From: an uncultured Deferribacteres bacterium
GTDB taxonomy: Bacteria > Zhuqueibacterota > Zhuqueibacteria > Zhuqueibacterales > Geothermadaptataceae
NCBI GenBank assembly: GCA_964014485.1
Contig: CAXHAT010000055.1
Coordinates: forward strand, 1-40,975
Reading direction: 5' to 3'
DNA length: 40,975 bases
This document shows positions 33,709 to 40,975 of this stretch, piece by piece. The notes below the pieces were generated by a model. That model ran no database searches. It saw nothing but the letters and a program-made list of their open reading frames with translations, and was not told the DNA's origin. Position numbers and translations under genes: made by a program. The number at the start of each line of letters is the position of its first letter. Position 1 is the first letter of the stretch.

Positions 33709-35070
33709 CTATTTTAGCAACGTCAGTTTTTTCGCAAAAGACACGCCTTCGCCCTGCAATTTGTAGATATAGAGTCCTGCCGGAACCTGCTCGCCGAAGT
33801 CGTTGCGACCGTCCCATTTTAGCGTATGGCTCCCGGCTTCAAAGCGTCCATCTGCAAGCACGCGCACCGTTCGACCGAGAAGGTCAGTAACTGTGAGACT
33901 TATTTCGCGGCCTTTGTCCAAACGAAAAGGTATGACGGTGGAAGGATTGAAGGGGTTGGGATAGTTTTGGAGTAAGGTTAGCGTCGAGGGAATCGCCGGT
34001 TGTTCATCAGCCACGGAGGTGCTGACCGCGCCGCGTCTTGGGTCCCAATATTCCGTATCGATCATCAGGCCGCCAACTTCACTGGCGATATCTTCCCACT
34101 TCGCAATGCCTACGCCATAGGGTTCCTTGCTACCGTTATGATACGCAAACAAGCCTTTCGAAAATCTCCCGCCAAGCGGCACGTTGATCACATCGACGCC
34201 GTCTGTTTTACCGGCTTTCTCGACTTCGAATTCACCCACGGCCTTGTGAGGCGCTTTGCGTTCCAATATGGTAAATTTATCCGCTCCCTGACTCGAAGCG
34301 ATAATATAGCCTTCGCCGTTGGCCGCATAGTAAATCGACAATCCTTCTACGTCCGCTTCCAGCCCCGTGCCGTCACCAGCTTCAGCAATCATGTTCGGCG
34401 AAGTTCCGTCGCCCGGTTCGGCGCCAATTTTCCAAATGCCGTTTTCTTCTTCGCCGAAGTAAGCTTGTGCGGTTTCGTCATCGCAGGCGCAGCCTTCAGT
34501 TTGCGACTTTAATTTGAAACTTCTGACTTCTCGCCCGGCTATTTCCCCGTTTTCTTCGAACAATTCGAACTGCTTCAAACTGCCGTCTTTTGCAGTTGTA
34601 AAGGCGTAGAATTTTCCGGTAACGGGACTTTTGTACGCGCAAGTTCCGTAATTCGCCCCGGCGTTGATCGCGCCGTTGTCAACTCGGCTAAGCTGGCGAG
34701 TCGCTGCGTCAACTTCGTAAATTGCTATTTTGTTGTTTGTACGATCATTATAAATCACAACGTCTATCAGATTTCCGCTCAGAGGAAAACCGTATCTAAT
34801 ATCGATGTTTCCCGGCTTTCCCGGTACGGAAAGCGCTTGCACTGTATTGCCGTCGAGATCATACACAAAAACGATGTTGGCTTCTTTATCGGAAGCGATA
34901 ATCGTGCTTTGTTCCGGGTTCGATGGATGCACCCAAAAACACATGTCATCTTGATCTTTCGTGTCCCCGTCTTTCAGCGTAAGCACCGATGAAACCTTTT
35001 GCGCCCAGAGCGCTGAACATGTTAATAATAAGGAAAAAACCACGAAAATTCCTTTTCGCCCAAATGTCAT
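33709..35070 (-). CDS. Secreted beta-propeller 3-phytase with a C-terminal FlgD/T9SS-like sorting domain
   Basis: DDMCFWVHP, NIDIRY, SQTEGCACDDE, ADVEGLSIY, ASSQG; C-terminal LLQNYPNPFNPST...WDGRNDFGEQVPAGLY; AAGGAG 7 nt before ATG 35070. Confidence 0.9.
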   Translation of the reverse strand: MTFGRKGIFVVFSLLLTCSALWAQKVSSVLTLKDGDTKDQDDMCFWVHPSNPEQSTIIASDKEANIVFVYDLDGNTVQALSVPGKPGNIDIRYGFPLSGNLIDVVIYNDRTNNKIAIYEVDAATRQLSRVDNGAINAGANYGTCAYKSPVTGKFYAFTTAKDGSLKQFELFEENGEIAGREVRSFKLKSQTEGCACDDETAQAYFGEEENGIWKIGAEPGDGTSPNMIAEAGDGTGLEADVEGLSIYYAANGEGYIIASSQGADKFTILERKAPHKAVGEFEVEKAGKTDGVDVINVPLGGRFSKGLFAYHNGSKEPYGVGIAKWEDIASEVGGLMIDTEYWDPRRGAVSTSVADEQPAIPSTLTLLQNYPNPFNPSTVIPFRLDKGREISLTVTDLLGRTVRVLADGRFEAGSHTLKWDGRNDFGEQVPAGLYIYKLQGEGVSFAKKLTLLK

Positions 35071-35475
35071 TGTCAAACTCCTTTCTTGTTGTCATTCGAT
35101 GATGCTACCGAAGCTGTACAGTTAATTCTACGAATCAAACGAGGCTTTTCCCTTCTCCATTTCGGAATCAATTCGAGCCAATATCATCGCGCATATAGAC
35201 AGCCGGTGCGTGGCCGTTTTCAATCATTATGCCATTCGTCAGATGTTACGAATAGTTCGTCAATTCAAGCTGATTTTTGTCCAATTTCTCACTCTGTTCC
35301 GTGCGTTCGTGAACCTGAAACGACTTTTCGCGTTGTGAGATATTCGAAGAATCCAAATTAATTGGGAGAGAATGATTCGCAGGACGTGCAAAAACAATTT
35401 CGTGGTTGACCTACAAAAATGAAAATGACTTGCGCTTTTATGATCAGGAACAAGGTCGGACGTCGATAAAAAACC

Positions 35476-35504
35476 TTGCTTTAGAGGGCAAGGAGAATTA
35501 CATT
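35476..35504 (+). promoter_or_regulatory. Putative sigma70 promoter of the TPR gene
   Basis: TTGCTT-17 bp-TACATT. Confidence 0.5.
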
Positions 35505-35563
35505 AGCAGTCTTTATTTTTTGCGCAATTTTTGATTTTACAGGCAGAGAGACAAGGTTAGGTC

Positions 35564-36235
35564 ATGTTGAAACCAAGAAAGAGCTTGACGGCTCGAAAAG
35601 AAATCAAAGAAGATAAATTTGTAACCTTCTATTTCAAGGCGCAAAGCTTTTTAGAAGAATATAAAAACTGGCTTGGAATCGCTGTTATAGCTATAGTCGC
35701 AGTAGTCGCCCTTTCCCTCTACATCAAGACTTCGTCCGAGGAAAGCGAAAGGGTTGCAGCAAGCAAACTAGCAGAAGCCAAAACGCACTTTGCTTCCGCT
35801 AACTACGCAGCGGCCAGCAGCGTACTAGGGCCCTTGGTCGCGGAACACGGCGATACGCGCAGCGGCGCTTTGGGAACGATTTTGCTCGCCAAGTCCTTTT
35901 TGGCGCAAGAGCAATACAATGAAGCCGCCGAATATTTTAACAGATCTTTGGAAAAATCGAGTGATGACGCCGTACTTTCCCTGGCAGCTCGCCTCGGGCT
36001 CGCAAGCTGCCATGACCAACAAGGCAATTACCAAGAAGCCGCAGTGGCTTATGAAGCAGCCGCAGAAGACGGCAACTTTAAAGCGTCCGACATTCTCCTT
36101 GACGCAGCCCGTTGCTACGAGCTAGCGAATCAAATAGATGACGCCAAGAGAGTATTGAACCAAATCATAAACGATTTCCCCAATACAGCGCCGGCTTCAA
36201 CGGCGCAAGTTAGCCTTGCAGAATTGAAAGGTTAA
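35564..36235 (+). CDS. Membrane-anchored TPR protein (YfgM-like)
   Basis: KEIKEDKFV N-terminus, one TM helix, TPR repeats. Confidence 0.85.
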   Translation: MLKPRKSLTARKEIKEDKFVTFYFKAQSFLEEYKNWLGIAVIAIVAVVALSLYIKTSSEESERVAASKLAEAKTHFASANYAAASSVLGPLVAEHGDTRSGALGTILLAKSFLAQEQYNEAAEYFNRSLEKSSDDAVLSLAARLGLASCHDQQGNYQEAAVAYEAAAEDGNFKASDILLDAARCYELANQIDDAKRVLNQIINDFPNTAPASTAQVSLAELKG

Positions 36236-36272
36236 CTTTCTGTAAAGCCGCTTGCGCGCGATATAAAAATTC

Positions 36273-36301
36273 TTGCAATTAAACAATTCTTTCTTTATTA
36301 T
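36273..36301 (+). promoter_or_regulatory. Putative sigma70 promoter of the rimP-nusA-infB operon
   Basis: TTGCAA-17 bp-TATTAT. Confidence 0.6.
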
Positions 36302-36310
36302 GATCGACTG

Positions 36311-36337
36311 AAGTGGGCCACTTAAGCCCACTTTTTT
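36311..36337 (+). promoter_or_regulatory. rimP leader hairpin/attenuator
   Basis: AAGTGGGC-CACTTAA-GCCCACTT followed by a T-run just upstream of rimP; matches the AGTGGG/CCCACT stem commonly found there. Confidence 0.7.
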
Positions 36338-36362
36338 ATTGCCCATAACTTGAGTGTGAGCA

Positions 36363-36836
36363 ATGGCAAACGAGGCTCTCTCATCTCGCCTGAAAAACTT
36401 GATCTTGCCCGTCCTTGAACAAGACAACGCAATTCTGATCGAGCTTGACGTTAAAGGCAGCCCCGGCAACCTGATTATCCGGGTTTTTGCGGATACTGAA
36501 ACTGGTATTCAAATTGACCAGTGTACAAGACTTACACGCGAGATTAGCGACCTTCTTGAAATAGAAGATATTATTCGCGGACATTATCGTATCGAGGTGT
36601 CTTCTCCCGGGCTGGATCGCCCGTTGAAGACGCATCAGGATTTCCGGAGAAATATTGGCAGAAGAGTCAAAATACATACAACTCCTGACGACGACAATAA
36701 AACGGTCAAAGATATTGGTGAAATCATCGAGGTTGATGATAAATTTGTCACTATTCGAACACTCAAAACCGGGGCGCAAAAAACCTTCGCAATCGATTCT
36801 ATCAAAAAGGCGGTCATACAAATCGCATGGTCATGA
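36363..36836 (+). CDS. rimP: Ribosome maturation factor RimP
   Basis: YRIEVSSPGLDRPL motif; synteny. Confidence 0.97.
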   Translation: MANEALSSRLKNLILPVLEQDNAILIELDVKGSPGNLIIRVFADTETGIQIDQCTRLTREISDLLEIEDIIRGHYRIEVSSPGLDRPLKTHQDFRRNIGRRVKIHTTPDDDNKTVKDIGEIIEVDDKFVTIRTLKTGAQKTFAIDSIKKAVIQIAWS

Positions 36837-36923
36837 CGCAACGGCGCGACCAGCTTGCCAATTAAATTTTAAACACGAGCAAACGCTCTTGCTTCTCCCC
36901 TTCCTTTGGAGGTCTTTTTTCGT

Positions 36924-38153
36924 ATGAATGCAGAAATCGCCGAAGCTTTCTCCCAAATTGTAAGAGAAAAAAGTCTCGAAAGAGACGAGCTGACCGAAAT
37001 CATTGAAAACATTGTCATTTCGATGATAAAAAAGCAGTACGGTCACGCCGATAATTTCGATATTTTTATCAATTTGGATAAAGGCGAAATCGAGATTTAC
37101 CAAAACAAAATTATCGTCGAAGAGGTGGAAGACGTCTCCCGAGAGATTGACCTCGAAACAGCAAGGAAAGTCGAGCCTTCTCTCGAGATTGGCGACGACT
37201 TCATTGAAATTTTAGATCCCGCTGATTTCGGCAGAAGGTCGATTATCTCGGCCAAACAAAATCTCAACCAGCGCATTCGAGACGCTGAAAAAGAAGTCGT
37301 TTATGATGAATTCAAAAACCGTGTTGGAGAAATCATCATGGGCGATATTCGCCAGATAAGCAGAGACAATCTCTACTTGAACATTGAACGCACCGAAGTC
37401 GTGCTTCCTCGAAGCGAGCGCATTGAAAGCGAGAGATACCGCCGAGGCGATCATATTCGGGCGATTGTTAAAGAAGTGCGCAGAAACATGCGCGGGCCCG
37501 AAATCATTGTATCGCGCGCCGATCCCCAATTTCTTATCCGACTGTTTGAGCTTGAGGTGCCCGAGATATATGACGGCGTTATTGAGATCAAAGGCGTTGC
37601 CAGACAACCCGGCGAAAGAGCAAAAATTTCGGTTTATTCTAATGACAAAAGAGTTGACCCGGTCGGAGCCTGCGTTGGAATGAAAGGCATTCGCATTCAG
37701 GCGGTCAGCAAAGAGCTGAATAACGAAAAAATCGACATTATACCTTTCAGCAGTGAACCTGAGATTTATATCACGCGCGCATTAAGTCCTGCGAAGCCGG
37801 TTCGGGTTATTATCAACAGAGAAGCGGAAAGCGCTGTCGCTGTAGTTATGGACAGCGAAGTATCCATCGCGATAGGCAAAGGCGGCCTAAACAGAAGACT
37901 GACCAGCAGATTGACCGGCTTCAATGTCGAGATCATCAAAGAGTCGGAATATCGCGCGATGGTGGAAAAAGCGCGTGAAGACGAAGTTAAAATCGCTGAT
38001 CTCGAAGGCGTTAAGCCATCAATCGTTCAGAAACTCGAACTCAACGGCGTTTATACGGCGGACGACGTTACTGAACTCGGAATGGATGGCTTGTTAGCCT
38101 TGCCTGGGATCGGAGAAAAGACCGCTGAAAAGCTATTAGAACTAGTGCAGTAA
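36924..38153 (+). CDS. nusA: Transcription factor NusA
   Basis: FGRRSIISAKQ, LFELEVPEI, DPVGACVGMKG, AIGKGG; GGAGG RBS. Confidence 0.98.
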   Translation: MNAEIAEAFSQIVREKSLERDELTEIIENIVISMIKKQYGHADNFDIFINLDKGEIEIYQNKIIVEEVEDVSREIDLETARKVEPSLEIGDDFIEILDPADFGRRSIISAKQNLNQRIRDAEKEVVYDEFKNRVGEIIMGDIRQISRDNLYLNIERTEVVLPRSERIESERYRRGDHIRAIVKEVRRNMRGPEIIVSRADPQFLIRLFELEVPEIYDGVIEIKGVARQPGERAKISVYSNDKRVDPVGACVGMKGIRIQAVSKELNNEKIDIIPFSSEPEIYITRALSPAKPVRVIINREAESAVAVVMDSEVSIAIGKGGLNRRLTSRLTGFNVEIIKESEYRAMVEKAREDEVKIADLEGVKPSIVQKLELNGVYTADDVTELGMDGLLALPGIGEKTAEKLLELVQ

Positions 38154-38163
38154 AGAGTAATTA

Positions 38164-40797
38164 ATGAGAGGGTGGTCGCCATTGGCTGCAAAACGACGCG
38201 TATTCCAAGTCGCTAAAGAATTCAACATCTCAAACGAGATGCTCATTACGTATTTGACAAAGCTCGACTTTTCGGTTAAGACTCACATGAGCCCGATAAC
38301 TGAAGAGATGTATGACGCATTGAGCAAAAAATACAGTAGTGATTCTGTCAGCGCTCCCAAAGACATTGAATTTGAGTTTCGTAAACGGCTGCGCGACCGC
38401 AAGGCTGAAGAAGAGAAACGAAACGAGCGAAAAAAGCAAGAACTTGAGGAAAGAATACGTCTTGCTCAGGAAATCGTACGCGCGCCGTTGCGGAAAAAAC
38501 GTTCAGAACCCTCACGTCAAGAAGTACTAAAAATTGCAGAAGCCCAGGCCAAGGCCGAAGCGGCGTCTCAACTTCGATCCAAACCTGCGCACAAGAAAGC
38601 CGAGTCGGCGCCGGCATTGGAAGACCAGCCTCATTTAGACCAAACGGCTCAAGCCGCAGAATCGAAAGCTGACAAAAAACAGCGTCCAGCCGACAAGGAA
38701 ACAACAGGCGCAAAACCGCCCAAACCTGAAGTCGGCGCCGAAGCTCAAGCAGCGCCTCCTGGTGACAAAGAACCTTCCCGGAAAAAGCGCGGCAAAAAAT
38801 CGGCGAAGGGCAAACCAGTTGAAGAGAAAGCGGTTGCCGAAACAAACGGCGCATTGGCAGAAGAAAAGCCCGAAACTGATTCTAAAAAGCGTAAACGCCG
38901 CAAGAAAAAGCCAAGAATCAGCCAGCAGGAAATCGACGCTTCAATCAAGCAGACTTTGGCTAACATTCAAGACGGCGGCCGTTCTAAAAAGCGCAGGAAA
39001 CGAAAGTCTGCGGAAAGCGGCGGTCTTGAGGTTGACGAACGCAACACGATTAAAGTATCCGAGTTTATTTCGGCGTCTGATCTGGCGAAATTGATGAACG
39101 TCGAGCCTTCAGATGTATTGCGAACGTGTTTGCAGCTCGGGATGATGGTTTCGATCAATCAGCGCTTGGACATGGACGCTATTGAGACTGTGGCCGATGA
39201 ATTTGGCTTTGAAGTCGAACAGGAAGAAGAATTCGGCGCTATTCTTGATGACATTGAAGCGGAAAAAGATGACGAAGCTGACTTGGAAGCTCGCCCGCCC
39301 GTGGTCACGATTATGGGGCACGTTGATCACGGCAAGACGTCTCTTCTCGATTACATTCGACGCAGTAATATTATTAAAGGCGAGGCTGGTGGAATCACAC
39401 AGCATATCGGCGCTTATGAAGTCGACGTCGACGGTCGCGAAATCTGCTTTTTAGATACGCCCGGTCACGAGGCTTTTACCGCTATGCGGGCGCGCGGCGC
39501 TCAGGTCACTGATATTGTTATACTTATCGTCGCCGCCGATGACGGCGTTCAACAGCAAACTCTGGAAGCTATTAGTCACGCGAAAGCCGCCGGAGTTCCA
39601 ATTGTCGTTGCTATCAACAAAATCGATAAGCAGGGCGTTAACCCGGATAAAATTAAACAAGAGCTCGCGCAACACGACTTGATGGTCGAAAGCTGGGGCG
39701 GAAAATATCAAAGCGTTGACGTTTCGGCCAAAAACGGCGATAATATCGACAAACTCTTAGAGTCCGTTCTTCTCGAAGCTGACCTTCTGGAGCTTAAAGC
39801 GAATCCGAATCGTAAGTCGCGCGGCGTTGTTATAGAATCTGAATTGGATCGTGGCAAAGGCCCGGTAGCGACTGTACTTGTCCAGTCAGGCACTTTGAAG
39901 ATCGGCGATCCGTTTGTTGTCGGCTTAACTTCCGGTCGTGTGAGAGCTATGTTTGATGAAAGAGGCAAACGTGTTAAAAAAGCGCCTCCTTCAACGCCAG
40001 TACGCGTCGTCGGATTCTCAGCAGTCGCACAAGCCGGGGATTCATTTGTGGTTATGCCTTCTGAAAAAGAAGCCAAGGACATCAGCCTGAAACGCCAGCA
40101 ATTGCGCCGCGAGCAAGAGATTCGCCAGGTGCGCCATAGAACGCTCGATCAAATTTCCAAGCAAATTGCACAAGGCGGGGTTCAAGAACTCAAGGTTATT
40201 GTCAAGGGCGACGTCGACGGTTCAATAGAAGCAGTCGCTGACAGCTTGATGAAATTATCTACGGACGAAGTCTCCGTCCACGTCATTCATAAGGGCGTCG
40301 GCGGGGTTTCAGAATCGGATGTTAAGCTTGCCGTCGCATCCGAAGCCATTATCATCGGCTTCAACATTCGCGTCTCTGGGAATGCAAGAGATATTGCAAA
40401 ACAAGAAGACATCGACATTCGAATTTATAAAGTCATCTACGATGCCGTAAACGATGTGAAAGCGGCGCTTGAGGGTCTGCTGCGGCCTGAATTGGTCGAG
40501 GAAGTTACCGGCTCAGCTGAGGTGCGAGAGACTTTCAAGGTGCCGAAAATTGGCTTGGTCGCCGGTTGTTATGTCACTTCCGGAAAGATTCGCCGAAAAG
40601 ACTTGTCGCGCGTTTATCGTGACGACAAGCTGATCTATGAAGGCAAATTAGCATCCCTGAGACGCTTTAAGGATGATGTTCGCGAAGTTGCCAGCGGCTT
40701 CGAGTGCGGCGTTGGCGTTGAAAATTTTAACGACGTTCACGTCGGCGATATTATAGAATGCATCCAGGTCAATGAAGTTAAGCGTTCTTTGAATTAA
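38164..40797 (+). CDS. infB: Translation initiation factor IF-2 (true start may be TTG at 38182)
   Basis: RPPVVTIMGHVDHGKTSLLD, DTPGHEAF, NKID, SGFECG. Confidence 0.99.
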   Translation: MRGWSPLAAKRRVFQVAKEFNISNEMLITYLTKLDFSVKTHMSPITEEMYDALSKKYSSDSVSAPKDIEFEFRKRLRDRKAEEEKRNERKKQELEERIRLAQEIVRAPLRKKRSEPSRQEVLKIAEAQAKAEAASQLRSKPAHKKAESAPALEDQPHLDQTAQAAESKADKKQRPADKETTGAKPPKPEVGAEAQAAPPGDKEPSRKKRGKKSAKGKPVEEKAVAETNGALAEEKPETDSKKRKRRKKKPRISQQEIDASIKQTLANIQDGGRSKKRRKRKSAESGGLEVDERNTIKVSEFISASDLAKLMNVEPSDVLRTCLQLGMMVSINQRLDMDAIETVADEFGFEVEQEEEFGAILDDIEAEKDDEADLEARPPVVTIMGHVDHGKTSLLDYIRRSNIIKGEAGGITQHIGAYEVDVDGREICFLDTPGHEAFTAMRARGAQVTDIVILIVAADDGVQQQTLEAISHAKAAGVPIVVAINKIDKQGVNPDKIKQELAQHDLMVESWGGKYQSVDVSAKNGDNIDKLLESVLLEADLLELKANPNRKSRGVVIESELDRGKGPVATVLVQSGTLKIGDPFVVGLTSGRVRAMFDERGKRVKKAPPSTPVRVVGFSAVAQAGDSFVVMPSEKEAKDISLKRQQLRREQEIRQVRHRTLDQISKQIAQGGVQELKVIVKGDVDGSIEAVADSLMKLSTDEVSVHVIHKGVGGVSESDVKLAVASEAIIIGFNIRVSGNARDIAKQEDIDIRIYKVIYDAVNDVKAALEGLLRPELVEEVTGSAEVRETFKVPKIGLVAGCYVTSGKIRRKDLSRVYRDDKLIYEGKLASLRRFKDDVREVASGFECGVGVENFNDVHVGDIIECIQVNEVKRSLN

Positions 40798-40815
40798 GCT
40801 TCCGGGTGAGCGATC

Positions 40816-40975
40816 ATGTTGGTAGCGGTTTGTCAACTGGAATTGTTTCTTCCGGCTTGCGGTTCTTTAAAAGCCAAGCGCATGGCTATTCAAAGCATCA
40901 AGAGCCGGGTTCGTCAAAAGTTCAACTTTTCCGTTGCTGAAGTCGGCGAAAACGAAAAATGGCAAAAATGCCTGC
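40816..40975 (+). CDS. DUF503 (YlxP-like) protein, cut by the window end
   Basis: MLVAVCQLELFLPACGSLKAKR...KFNFSVAEV...KWQ, directly after infB. Confidence 0.9.
   Translation, partial: MLVAVCQLELFLPACGSLKAKRMAIQSIKSRVRQKFNFSVAEVGENEKWQKCL

Noticed and set aside
38400..39030. Low-complexity Lys/Glu/Ala-rich stretch in infB
   Set aside because: This is the normal variable N-terminal region of IF-2

Overview
Two parts. (1) About 1-27.7 kb is the right-hand (late, structural) part of a long-tailed siphovirus-type prophage, all on the + strand. An AT-rich DUF4062 gene is followed by terminase small and large subunits, a portal fused to a gpF-like head protein, protease/scaffold, capsid, neck, tail tube, a frameshifted tail chaperone and the tape measure. 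A Mu Gam homologue, tail-tip proteins and three fibre/spike-like genes come last. (2) About 27.7-41 kb is host chromosome: two serine hydrolases, an alpha/beta hydrolase, pdxB, tRNA-Sec, a secreted phytase, a TPR protein and rimP-nusA-infB-DUF503. The host looks like an FCB-group bacterium such as KSB1 or Calditrichota (inference). Two things stand out. (a) The three fibre/spike-like genes all carry Sec-type signal peptides, and two are rich in D-(S/T)-hydrophobic O-glycosylation sequons, suggesting receptor-binding proteins that are exported and possibly glycosylated. (b) Nearly every non-overlapping gene junction from 0.5 to 18 kb holds a palindromic or short-period repeat from at least seven families. 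These often supply the upstream stop codon and the downstream start context, and two copies sit in-frame in essential genes. I saw none in the host segment. All assignments were made by eye from motifs and synteny; no searches were run.
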